From Octopus sinensis (taxonomy: Eukaryota), in the NCBI RefSeq assembly GCF_006345805.1, contig NC_043018.1, forward strand, positions 21,886,001 to 21,950,000: a stretch of DNA of 64,000 nt, in the 5' to 3' direction. Positions 1 through 11,398 of this stretch are shown here, in pieces. Under the pieces are notes generated by a model. The model searched no databases. It was not told the DNA's origin and worked only from the letters and a program-made list of their open reading frames with translations. Numbering within the stretch: the first letter of the stretch is position 1; each line of letters begins with the position of its first letter. A program made the translations under genes and the position numbers.

Positions 1-377
1 CTCCGTCGGTTACGACGATGAGGGTTCCGGTTGATCCGAATCAACGGAACAGCCTGCTCGTGAAATTAACGTGTAAGTGGCTGAGCACTCCACAGATACG
101 TGTACCCTTAACGTAGTTCTCGGGGATATTCAGCGTGACACAGAGGGTGACAAGGCCGGCCCTTTGAAATACAGGTACAACAGAAACAGGAAGTAAGAGT
201 AAGAGAAAGTTGTGGTGAAAGAGTACAGCAGAGATCACTACCATCCCCTGTCGGACCCTCGTGGAGCTTTAGGTGTTTTCGCTCAATAAACACTCACAAC
301 GCCCGGTCTGGGAATCGAAACTGCGATCTTATGACCGCGAGTCCGCTGCCCTAACCACTGGGCCATTGCGCCTCCAC
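1..377 (-). mobile_element. tRNA-headed SINE (family A), 3' end cut by window edge
   Basis: Minus strand begins GTGGAGGCGCAATGGCCCAGTGGTTAGGGCAGCGGACTCGCGG...TTCGATTCCC (A/B-box-like); head shared with 23283-23585, tail shared with 7673-7825. Confidence 0.8.
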
Positions 378-1659
378 AGTGATACTAGTAACCTGGTGTT
401 AAAACATATTCTTCAGAATAAAGCGCTAGTGACTAGAGCATAGTATAGAATAAATGACAAGTGAACAAAAATTAAGTAATCAACTTCATCGGCTCGCCAC
501 TGTTTCTGCTGCTAGATGAAGTGCACCGCATCTTAGAGCAGAAACATTCAATAATTTATATATGTAGTGTACTGTTCCGTTATTGGTGGGAGTAACAATA
601 AAGCAAAAAAGAATAAACAGTATTCCAACCAGTGAAAAATAAACATTTAAAATGCAGAGAATTTGAACATGAGCTACTCTAAGTTTCATGTTCTGGTAGT
701 ATAGTAGTTAGATGAGCAAATATAATGTGTTTGTGTGTGCATGTATTTATATTAAGTGGTGGGTAATAAGATGTATAACATGTGTATGTGTGTCTGCCTT
801 TGTCCCCCACTACTGCTTTGACAACTGGGGTTGGTTTGTTTACATCCCTGTAACTTAGTGGTTCGGCAAAAAAGACTAATAAAATAGTACCAGGCTTGCA
901 AAAAATGTACTGAGGTTGATTCATTCAACTAAAATATGAAGCGTTCATATTTAGATGATAAATGGTGTGTGTATAAATATACACACACACACACACACAC
1001 AGAACTGCAGAAGAAACTTGATGGCCACCACTGAGACATTATGAAATTTTATTTATACAAAAAAAAAAAAAAACTTTTAGTAGAAAATCTCGAAGAATCT
1101 CTTCATGCAAACCTAAAATTCACAAAACTTTCAGACACTTTAAACCAATATATCTTCCGCCACCACTACCAATTACCCACCCAGCCAATATGTAGGTGAA
1201 CTCTTTTTTTTAAAAACCATATCTTCCAATCTCCTGCACACTTCAATCTATTCCTAGGCCTCATGTGAAAAACTTCCCCTGTCTAGAATAAAGCAATATT
1301 TCAGCCACCTTCACGAAATTCATATACATGAAGTACATGTTCCACATAGATTTTCATATACACATACATATATATATATATATATATATCCTATTAGACT
1401 CATTCATGCATGAAACAGTGTTTGTGTTATCGAGACTTGCACATAAGGGAACATGAGGATATGTTTGAGTACGAGAGTGAAAGGACAAGAGCAGGAGTGT
1501 ATTCGTAAAACTGAAATGGATAGACACACACTAACCATCTCTCATAAAACTAGCCTTCCATCCCGCTGTGTCTTTGTCTAAATACAACCATCTATGCCTA
1601 AATTAGTTGCTTTTAAATTCATTTTAAATAATGTATTTTTAATATCAATACATATATTA

Positions 1660-1815
1660 TATATATATATAGTGTATATATTATATGTATATATTAAATA
1701 TATATAATGTATGTAATACATATAATGTATAATTATATATACATATAATGTATAATTATATATATATATATAGTGTATATATTAAATATATATAATGTAT
1801 GTAATACATATAATG

Positions 1816-1867
<52 letters not shown>

Positions 1868-2040
1868 AATATATTATATGTATATATTAAATATATATAA
1901 TGTATGTAATACATATAATGTATAATATATATATATATAGTGTATATATTATATGTATATATTAAATATATATAATGTATGTAATACATATAATGTATAA
2001 TATATATATATATAGTGTATATATATGTATATATTAAAAA
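1660..2040. repeat. AT-rich ~70-bp minisatellite within (TA)n
   Basis: TATATTAAATATATATAATGTATGTAATACATATAATGTATAAT recurs about four times. Confidence 0.75.
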
Positions 2041-3004
2041 TATATATATAATATATATATATATAATATACTCAATATGATGTAATATCTAATATAACCA
2101 TTATATATATATATATATATTTTTTTTTTTGGTGCATTTCTTAAAAAACCCAAACTTCTTTTTAAATATTAAGCTCTAAATCCTTCTATTTAGAAAATAG
2201 ACAAAATTCCATTATTAACAGGCCAAGGAAAAACCCATTACCATGGCAAAAACTGAACCTACATCCCATTCCAATAACTGCCCCACCCCCCCTGAAATTC
2301 CTGAAGATAATTTTGTTTTTATACATATATATATATATGTATATATATATATATTATATATATATATATATATAATTTATGTATTACCATTCCTTTGTTA
2401 CTTAAAAAATAAATAATCTCTCTTAATTTTACAAATAAGAATCTTCCCCACCCCCCACCGATTCCACCTTCATTCATACATTGGCTGCTATTGTCTCTTT
2501 CCCTTACTCTAGCTTGTAGTCCTGACATGTCTATATATAGGAATAATTGACAGTGTTATTTTAATGCGTGACAACTTCCCAACAGAGAGAGACAACATAT
2601 ATATATATGTATGCATGAGTGTGTGTGAGTGAGTATGTTCGTTAGTGTTCAATTATATTTGAATGCCATAACATCTTCCTGTACATAAATACGAGTGCTG
2701 CACTTCCAACTACGCAACCAATTTGAGTGGCAATCTGCATGCAAATGAATAATATGGAGATTGGTAATTCCATCGCTTGGATCACGAGTTCTTTAACTTT
2801 TTAACTTCCAGTCTACCCTTTCATCACGGCCAGCAATGTGCTCCATATGAATACAATGTAAATGGCTTGGATAACATACAACAGACAATACATATGTAGT
2901 AATTTATTTTCCGGCATACAAATCAAATTTTTCGGACCAAAATTTATAGCCAAAAGAAAATCAACAAAGTAAAAGATCCTTCCCCAGTGCATGTGTGTAT
3001 CCAC

Positions 3005-3200
3005 ACGCACACAGGGGCTTTCTCCATCAGGGTTGCGGAACCGTGGAATAAGCTGCCGGACGAGATAGTAAAGATGCCGACAACCGCTCGGTTCAAAGTC
3101 TCTCTTGACCAGAAATGGCCTAAACTCTTTGCATGAACACCCTCCCTGTACATAACTCCATGTCCCCCTACATGGCCTTGAGCCAAAAAATTAACTTAAC
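3005..3200 (+). mobile_element. 5'-truncated CR1/L2-group LINE 3' end
   Basis: 3014-3136 translates GAFSIRVAEPWNKLPDEIVKMPTTARFKVSLDQKWPKLFA*, matching the CR1 ORF2 C-terminal pattern F(S)xRVxxxWNxLPxxxV...FKxxLD; short 3' UTR with CCATGT/ACATGG hairpin. Confidence 0.8.
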
Positions 3201-3419
3201 ACACAATTTTTATTGCTGATGCACTGCATGCAGTCATCGCTTGACCTGCAAGAAACAGTAGCCAGATATATAAAAAACCAAAAAGGAAATGCCATATTGG
3301 ATAACCTAGACCATGATACACTCGGCTAGATGGGCATGACTGGATTGCCTTTTATCACAGGTTTGCTCCATCAGGGCTGAGCGAGGAGCTAAACAACAAT
3401 CACAACATTATTATCATCT

Positions 3420-3627
3420 AAGGCGGTGAGCTGGTAGAATCGTTAGCATGCTGGGCAAAATGCTTAGTGGCATTTCATCTGTCCCTACGTTCTGAGTTCA
3501 AATCCCATTAACTTTGCCTTTCATCCTTTCAGGGTCGATAAATTAAGTACCAGTGAAACACTGGGGCCGATGTAATCGACTACTCCTGTCCTGCAAAATT
3601 TCAGGCCTCCTGCCTTTAGAAGAGAGA

Positions 3628-3672
<45 letters not shown>

Positions 3673-3960
3673 TTAAGGTGGTGAGCTGTCAGAATTGTTA
3701 GCACCCCAGGTAAAACACTTAGCAACATTTTGTCTGTCCTTGTGTTCTGAGTTCAAATTCTGCCATGGTCGACTTTGCCATTTCATCCTTCTGGGTCGAT
3801 AAAGTATCAGTTGATCCACTGGGGTCAATGTAATCGATTTACTTCTTTCTCTGAAATTGCTGGCCTTGAGCCAAAATCTGAAGCCATTATTATTATTATC
3901 ATTATTATTATTATTATGATTATATTTATTATATTTATTTATCATTTATTTATTTATTTC
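3420..3960 (+). mobile_element. Two tandem decayed OK-like SINEs with (ATT)n tails
   Basis: Both start AAGG(C/T)GGTGAGCTG..AGAAT.GTTAGCA (3420, 3675), share GTTCTGAGTTCAAAT and TTTCATCCTT..GGGTCGATAAA, and end in ATT runs. Confidence 0.8.
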
Positions 3961-3962
3961 AG

Positions 3963-4050
3963 ATGGATGTCAGAGGATGTTAAATCCTGCTTCAGGCAGT
4001 TCTACCAACAGATGTTCTGCCAGAGAAGAGTTGAAAAGAGGCGTTGTTAA
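3963..4050 (+). CDS. Candidate terminal coding exon, unidentified
   Basis: TTTATTTCAG acceptor then (x)WMSEDVKSCFRQFYQQMFCQRRVEKRRC*; loosely GPCR helix-8-like, but the pyrimidine tract is a SINE tail and the minus strand also has plausible splice signals. Confidence 0.2.
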
Positions 4051-4388
4051 GTCTACTTACTGGCTACGAACCAAAATGCATTTTAAAATTTTAATTACAG
4101 CTAGCAGATTGTCTAAAACAGTTAGGAAAAACAGACTGATTAGAAATGCATGTCATTTACATTTGCAGTGTAATTAATTAATTAATCAATCACTAAAAAA
4201 ATTGCATGCAGTGTTGTTGTTGTTGTGATTGTTAAGCCCTAGGCAAGCCTTGATCAAGGAGGCACTGTCTTTTACTCATTTCACTCATTGGACTGCAGCC
4301 ATTCTGGGACACTGCCCTGAAGGGTTTTAGTCGAAGAAATCAACCCCAGTACTTATTTAAAAATTTTTTTTTATACTTTTTTTATATA

Positions 4389-4790
4389 GGCGCAGGAGTG
4401 GCTGTGTGGTAAGTAGCTTGTTTACCAACCACATGGTTCCGGGTTCAGTCCCACTGCGTGGCACCTTGGGCAAGTGTCTTCTACTATAGCCTCAGGCCGA
4501 CCAAAGCCTTGTGAGTGGATTTGGTAGACGGAAACTGAAAGAAGCCCGTCGTATATATGTATATATATATATATATATATGTGTGTTTGTTTGTCCCCCT
4601 AGCATTGCTTGACAACCGATGCTGGTGTGTTTATGTCCCCGTTACTTAGCAGTGTGGCAAAAGAGACCGATAGAATAAGTACTGGGCTTACAAAAGAATA
4701 AGCCCCAGGGTCAAGTTGCTCGATTAAAGGCGGTGCTCCAGCATGGCCGCAGTTAAATGGCTGAAACAAGTAAAAGAGTAAAGAGAGAGA
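4389..4790 (+). mobile_element. tRNA-headed SINE (family B), near full length
   Basis: GGCGCAGGAGTGGCTGTGTGGT...GGTTCAGTCCC head, CCTTGGGCAAGTGTCTTCTAC core, internal (TA)/(TG), 3' GAAACAAGTAAAAGAG; many other copies in window. Confidence 0.85.
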
Positions 4791-5012
4791 GTACTTATTC
4801 TATCAATCTCTTTTGTCAAATTGCTAAGTTACATGGACATAAACTAAACTAACCAACTAAGTAGTGGTGTGGATAAACACAAAGACACACTCAAACACAT
4901 ACATATTTGCCTCAATAAATTCCCAGCGAAGAAGCAGCTTCTATGTAATTGCCCAACCTGCAAAAATGGCATCTAAATCTACCTCACATCACACATTATG
5001 CTGTCTTGACAA

Positions 5013-5275
5013 CGGCTGACAATGGTTATCGAAGTTACCCCAGATTCAACGATGGCTGAGAATGGTGCACCCAAGTTTCATTGATGGCTAAGAATTGTGT
5101 TGCCCCATGGTTAATAATGGTTGCTCCAGTTTCACTGGAGACTAAAGAAGGTTACCGCAGTTATATGAATGGCTAAAAATGGTTACCCGAGTTTCATCGA
5201 TGACCAAGAACGCTATTCCAGTTACTTCAGTTTCATCAATGGCTAAGAATAATTACCCTAGTTTCATCAACATGA
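5013..5275. repeat. Degenerate ~32-bp minisatellite
   Basis: Variants of GGTTACCC-AGTTTCATC(A/G)ATGGCTAAGAAT recur 6-7 times. Confidence 0.6.
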
Positions 5276-5501
5276 GAAACGTAACAGACAATTCAGGTCA
5301 TAAGCATATCAGACTAACAATCTTAACTATTATATATATATATATATATATAATATATATATATATATATTATATTAAATTAGAGACAAAACCACTATTA
5401 GGCAAATCATACGATGAAAAACTTAAGCCAATACATAAGATTATTTAATTGATATTATTTAAATATATAACAAAATTATTTAAAAAATATAATTAATATA
5501 T

Positions 5502-5565
5502 CACTACGATCATTTCATGGCTGTTAATTTCTTTAAATTTTCGAGTTACAGTCATTCATCAGGTG
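5502..5565 (-). ncRNA. Type-I hammerhead ribozyme motif, copy 1
   Basis: Minus strand CAC-CTGATGA-ATGACTGT...ACAGCCAT-GAAA-TGATCG-TA-GTG: intact CUGAUGA/GAAA core, 8-bp helix II (1 mismatch), near-palindromic helix III, GUA triplet, 3-bp helix I. Confidence 0.7.
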
Positions 5566-5710
5566 GTTTAAATATTTATCTTGGCGAGGTTTAAACATTG
5601 TTATATTAATATAATATAATATTTTACTATAAAATTGGATTCAATCCTAAATCTGATTTTTCCCTGTAAGTTGGATTTATTCCCTAATATTTATTATTAA
5701 TTTATATATA

Positions 5711-5763
<53 letters not shown>

Positions 5764-5896
5764 TATATATTAAATTAGAGACAAAACCACTATTAGGCAA
5801 ATCATACGATGAAAAACTTAAGCCAATACATAAGATTATTTAATTGATATTATTTAAATATATAACAAAATTATTTAAAAAATATAATTAATATAT

Positions 5897-5960
5897 CACT
5901 ACGATCATTTCATGGCTGTTAATTTCTTTAAATTTTCGAGTTACAGTCATTCATCAGGTG
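5897..5960 (-). ncRNA. Type-I hammerhead ribozyme motif, copy 2
   Basis: Same sequence as 5502-5565, 395 bp downstream. Confidence 0.7.
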
Positions 5961-6095
5961 GTTTAAATATTTATCTTGGCGAGGTTTAAACATTGTTATA
6001 TTAATATAATATAATATTTTACTATAAAATTGGATTCAATCCTAAATCTGATTTTTCCCTGTAAGTTTGGATTTATTCCCTAATATTTATTATTA

Positions 6096-6139
<44 letters not shown>

Positions 6140-7049
6140 AATTAAAAGTCTGGAATATCAAGTCACAAAATATGTGTGTGATATATAAAAGTATAAAGTA
6201 CACCCGACCCTTAAGGTCATAAGTACATCTGACATATAAGGTCATTAGTATAACTGATCACTAAGAACATACGTATATCTGGAATATATTATCATAAATA
6301 GGAACAACTTTTGATATTTCTGACAAGACAGACAAGTTGCAAGCATAACTTTTGTTTTAATTACTATATGTATGTCTATTGTTTGTTTGTTTAATGCCAG
6401 TTTTTCCGTGCTGGCATGGGTTGTATAAGGACTTATTTGAGGTAGGATGTTTTGACTGGACGCTTTTCCTGTCACCAGCCTTTACTTGTTTTTGGAGTAC
6501 TTTTTTTTTCTTTTTACTTTTTAATTATTCCACAGGCCTTTGCAAGTGCAGAGCAGTAGAATGGGAATCAAGAGAAAAACAAAAAAAAAAAAAAGGAAAA
6601 GGGAGCTATAATGGTCGGGTTTTATTTGCGGGGATATTTGACAGCCATTTCTAGCATGTCGAGTGACCACACAAAGGCTCTAGCCGCCACCTCATGAACT
6701 GAAGTGGTTAAATAAAATAGCAAGTGTTATCCAAATAAAGACCTCGTCAAAATATTGACGTTCCCTGACATTGGCAGCGGCAAAAACAGGAATAACAAAT
6801 CATCAATAAACAACATTGAACTTGGAAACTTCCTGGAGATGCCAGAGAGTGTTCTCCAACAGCGATTGTAATAGCTGTGAACATTAACTAACCAATATAA
6901 TGTCATATATTATTGAAATCATATAAATAGTTGAGAAAATATATTTCTAACATATAGGGTAACCATAAAGTCTGGATACATGGGAAATCACTAATATTCT
7001 TGTGGAATGGGCTCCCAGCTCATCAGATATTAGTCCCTTGAAGGCATTG

Positions 7050-7825
7050 ACTTAGTGGTTGGAGTGTTTCGCCTATGGATCATAAAATCTATTTCTTTAC
7101 TACCCACAAGGGGCTAAACACAGAGGGGACAAACAAGGACAGACAAACGGATTAAGTCGATTATATCGACCCCAGTGCGTAACTGGTACTTAATTTATCG
7201 ACCCCGAAAGGATGAAAGGCAAAGTCGACCTCGGCGGAATTTGAACTCAGAACGTAATGGCAGACAAAATACCTATTTCTTTACTACCCACAAGGGGCTA
7301 AACGCAGAGGGGACAAACAAGGACAGACAAACGGATTAAGTCGATTATATCGACCCCAGTGCGTAACTGGTACTTATTTAATCGACCCCGAAAGGATGAA
7401 AGGCAAAGTCAACCTCGGTGGAATTTGAACTCAGAACGTAACGGCAGACAAAATACCTATTTCTTTACTACCCACAAGGGGCTAAACGCAGAGGGGACAA
7501 ACAAGGACAGACAAACGGATTAAGTCGATTATATCGAGCCCAGTGCGTAACTGGTACTTATTTAATCGACCCCGAAAGTCGACCTCGGCGGAATTTGAAC
7601 TCAGAATGTAACGGCAGACGAAATACGGCTAAGCATTTCGCCCGGCATGCTAACGTTTCTGCCAGCTTGCCTTATGGATCATAAAATCACGAGTTCAATT
7701 CCCAGCAGTACATTGTGTCCTTGAGCAAGACACTTTATTTCACGTTGCTCCAGTCCACTCAGCTGGCAAAAATGAGTTGTACCTGTATTTCAAAGGGCCA
7801 GCCTTGTCACATTCTGTACCTTGCT
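7050..7825 (+). mobile_element. tRNA-headed SINE interrupted by a nested insertion
   Basis: TTAGTGGTTGGAGTGTTTCGCC (7052-) resumes after the insert as ACGAGTTCAATTCCCAG...CCTTGAGCAAGACAC (7689-). Confidence 0.75.
7089..7672 (-). mobile_element. OK-like SINE with triplicated 184-bp 3' body
   Basis: Units start 7089, 7273, 7457 (CTATTTCTTTACTACCCACAAGGGG); one head at 7620-7672; 15-bp TSD TATGGATCATAAAAT at 7074-7088 and 7673-7687. Confidence 0.9.
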
Positions 7826-8570
7826 GAATACCCTTCTTAATGCCAACCATTCCGAGAGTGTAGTAGGTGCTTTTTACGTGCCACCAGCACAGGAGACAGT
7901 CAGGCAGAACAGGCATCAGCCACACTTGAATTATGTTTTTTACACCCAGCATGGGTGCCAGTCAGGCGGCACTGGCATTGGCCACATTTGAATGGTGCTT
8001 TTTACATGCCACTGGCATGGGTGCCAGTCAGATCAAAATAAAATAGAAGAGAAGAATAAAACAAATTATATGATGGCCTGCAGCTATGTCTGACACAACT
8101 GTTATACAGCTTTGCTGTAATTTTCTTGTTGCTTACGTCAGCAAATTTTATGGTCACCTTGTATGAGATTATATCAGCGTTATAGTAAACATCCCTGACA
8201 CTACATTGGGCCAACTGATGTCTCATGAGTGAATTTGGTAGTCATAGACAGAATTAAGCCCATCATAAGTGAGTGTGTTGTATGTACAGAAGACTGCACC
8301 AGACAGTAGAGTTTGGGGTAGTTACCTGGCTTGCCAGCTCCTGTTAAACCATCCAACGCATGCCAGCATGGAAGGCAGACATTAAACGATGATGATTGTG
8401 TGTGTGTGTGTGGTGTGTGTGTATGCTATTTTTGTGTATGTGAGTATTTGAATGATTTTTAAGAGCAAATGTGCATACTGATATTGACATCCTTTGCTGG
8501 CATTATGACTGCTTCCTCTGAAGTTTCAAAGACTTATGGAAATATAAAAATCCTTTACCTGAAAAAACAG

Positions 8571-8603
<33 letters not shown>

Positions 8604-8915
8604 ATATATATATATATATTCTTTTACTTGTTTCAGTCATTTGACTGCAGCCATGCTGGAGCTTTGCCTTTAGCCGACAGAATCGACCTCAGGACTTATT
8701 CTTTCTAAGCCTAGTACTTACTGTCGGCCTCTTTTGCTGAACTGCTAAGTTACGGGACATAAATACACCAACATCTGTTCCACTCACAAGGCTTATGTCA
8801 GCCCAAGGTCATAAACGACACTTGTCCAAGGTGCCATGCAATGGGACTGAGCCCAGAACCATGTAGTTGGGAAGCAAGCTTCTTACAACACAGCCACTCC
8901 TGCACCTACATATAT

Positions 8916-8954
<39 letters not shown>

Positions 8955-9173
8955 CGGTAGCTAAAACAGCAGTATTAAAGCAAAATGTAAGCAATACAAG
9001 TCAGATATAGACTAAAAGCACTCACAAACAACACATATACACATCAATATAAGATATATATCAATCACATGAGTATTAAGTATAAACTCTCAGTAGACAG
9101 ATTGATTAGTTAGCACGTTTCGTTGCTACAACAGATTATGTCAACTCTTTCGATTTTAAATCTTTTTGCTCAC

Positions 9174-9230
9174 CTCAAGGTCAGCTGTTCTCCGTTTTAC
9201 ATGACAGATACAAAAATACTGGGTCATTAG
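9174..9230 (-). CDS. Candidate internal exon, unidentified (LMTQYFCICHVKRRTADLE)
   Basis: TTTAG acceptor, GAG|GTGAGC donor, 57 nt, only one open frame (phase 0-0). No homology recognised. Confidence 0.3.
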
Positions 9231-9316
9231 CTAAACGCCCAAAAACATGAAACGTTTTTTCTACCTTTTACTTGTTTCAGTCACTGGACTACGCCCATAC
9301 AGGGTTACCACGTTAA

Positions 9317-9504
9317 CCCTTTCATTACTGTATTTTAAATATAACAAAGAATTTAGTAAAATAACTTAGTTATCATTAAGCTAGTGTTAGGGGACATAAA
9401 TTGTGAGTAAGGTTTGGTGGAAGATTTTAATTCAAAATTTATGAAAACGAGAGATTTGTACTACAGAGCCAGAGGCAGTTTCAGCCGGGTTGGTAACAAA
9501 AGGG
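9317..9504. mobile_element. piggyBac-type MITE, internally deleted copy
   Basis: TTAA-CCCTTTCATTAC left end, decayed GTAACAAAAGGG right end; body matches 39037-39257. Confidence 0.75.
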
Positions 9505-9821
9505 TTTGAAGGATTTAGTTGAACAGATTGACCCCACTAATTATTTTTAAACCTGACAGTGGACCGAGATATGTGGCACATTGCTGTACTCAAGAAGACC
9601 AACCCACCACAACAGAACTGAGATCCTAAAATCAAAGTTCCACATAAAAGGCACTGGTGTGGGTGTTGGTGCCACGTAAAAAGCACTGGTGCTGGCGCCA
9701 CGTAAAAAGCACCCTGTGCACTCTGTAAAGTGGTTGGTGTCAGGAAGAGCATCGAGCTGTGGAAACAATGCCAAAGTAGACTATGGAACCTGGTGTGGCC
9801 TTGACCCTGCCAGTACTTTCA

Positions 9822-10052
9822 GGCGGCGAACTGGCAGAATCGTTAGCATGCCGGGCGAAATGCGTAGCCGTATTTCGTCTGTCGTTACATTGTGAGTTCA
9901 AATTCCGCCGAGGTGGACTTTGCCTTTCATCCTTTCGGGGTCGATAAATTAAGTACCAGTTACGCACTGGGGTCGATGTAATCGTCTTAATACCTATGTC
10001 TGTCCTTGTTTGTCCCCTCTGTGTTTAGCCCCTTGTGGGTAATAAAGAAATA
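9822..10052 (+). mobile_element. OK-like SINE nested in an older family-C element
   Basis: Full head-to-tail copy; 10-bp TSD AGTACTTTCA at 9812-9821 and 10053-10062. Confidence 0.85.
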
Positions 10053-10697
10053 AGTACTTTCAAGCTGTCCAATCCATGCCAGCCTGGAAAACGGTCATTA
10101 AATGTTGATAAGGACTAATGATGTACTTATTCTATTGGTCTATTTCGCTGAACGACAAAGCTACAGGGATGTAAACAAACCAATACTGGTTGTCAAGCAG
10201 TGATAGACAAGGACGGATTCACACACAATGAAATTTTTTCAGTTTCTTTTTACCAAATCCACACACAGTGCATTAGTTGGCCTGGGGCTATAGTAGAAGA
10301 CACTTGCCCCCAAGGTTCCACACTAGGACATCTTGGGGACCGAACCAAAGACCATCTGGTTGGTAAGCAAGCTTCTCCACTGCACAGCCACGCCTACGCT
10401 TAATAATGTACAATAATGAATAATCATAGGTCGTAGGTAGGTAAGTAGGTAGGTTGTAATAAGTAGAAGGTCAGCCATGTTAATGACCTTCTAAAGAAGT
10501 GAAACGTGTGCAATTTCTAGCTAATAATCTGAAAGGTCATCCCAATTTGTGATGAATATGCCAGTACTTCGTGATGAATTGCAGAATACTTTTTTCAAAG
10601 TTGAATAGAATTTCAGGTCAATATTTGGGGAATTTAACAAAAGAGTATGTCCGCAACATTTTTGTTAGTTGCCATCTATCATTTTTAAGAAAATAAG

Positions 10698-10870
10698 CAC
10701 CCACTACACTCACGGAGTGGTTGGCGTTAGGAAGGGCATCCAGCTGTAGGAACATTGCCAGATAAGACTAGAGCCTGGTGCAGCCTTCTGGCTTCCCAGA
10801 TACCCGGTCGAACTGTCCAACCCATGCTAGCATGGAGAACGGACGTTAAACGATGATGATGATGATGATG
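10698..10870 (+). mobile_element. Family-C retroposon 3' end, (TGA)n tail (RTE-type tail, inferred)
   Basis: GGTTGGCGTTAGGAAGGGCATCCAGCTGTA...CATGCTAGCATGGAGAACGGACGTTAAACGATGATGATG. Confidence 0.85.
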
Positions 10871-11036
10871 TGATGCAGGCATGGCTCTCTGGTTAAGAAA
10901 CTTGCTTCTCAATTGTGTGATCTTGAGTTCTGTCCCACTGTGTGACACCTTGGGCAAGTGGTTTCTACTAGATCTCCAAGCTGACCAAAGCGTTGTGAGT
11001 GGATTTGGTGCATGGAAACTGAAAGCCTGTCATGTG

Positions 11037-11072
<36 letters not shown>

Positions 11073-11123
11073 ATGGCTTAATTAGTCAAAACTTTGAAGT
11101 CACTGTTAACAACATTCTTGTTT

Positions 11124-11398
11124 CATCATCAACGTTTAACGTCCGCTTTCTATGCTAGCATGGGTTGGACGATCGACTGAGGGCTGGCAAACCAGATGGC
11201 TGCACCAGGCTTCAACCTTGATCTGGCAGAGTTTCTACAGCTGGATGCCCTTCCTAACGCCAACCACTCCGAGAGTGTAGTGGGTGCATTTACATGCCAC
11301 CGGCACGGGGCCAGTCAGACGGTACTGGCAACAACCTCGCTCGAAACTTTTACACATGCCACCGGCACAGGTGCTAGTAAGGCGATGCTGGTAACATA
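11124..11398 (-). mobile_element. Family-C retroposon
   Basis: Reverse-complement copy of the 10698-10870 type, tail-to-tail with it ~250 bp away. Confidence 0.8.

Larger units (their letters stand above)
5372..6136 (-). repeat. Head-to-tail dimer of a 395-bp (TA)n-bounded unit, probable Penelope-like terminal repeat or retrozyme-like element
   Basis: 5372-5703 and ~5768-6100 are essentially identical (one 1-nt indel seen), each followed by (TA)n; each carries a hammerhead fold. Confidence 0.8.

Noticed and set aside
300-377. tRNA genes at SINE heads (also 4389, 11922, 23510-23585, 41130-41204)
   Set aside because: A/B-box-like motifs present but no complete cloverleaf; they continue into repeat bodies.
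2690-3010. Hydrophobic minus-strand frame as a membrane-protein pseudogene
   Set aside because: Two stops, equally plausible plus-strand exon, and T-rich codons give hydrophobic text by chance.
6995-7030. CTGATGA-GCT-GGG-AGC on minus strand as a hammerhead
   Set aside because: No GAAA after helix II and no helix III.
4061-8226. Minus-strand gene model chaining exons at ~8.1-8.2, 6.8, 6.3 and 4.1 kb
   Set aside because: Each has some splice signal, but phases can be joined several ways, some donors are weak and no product is recognisable.
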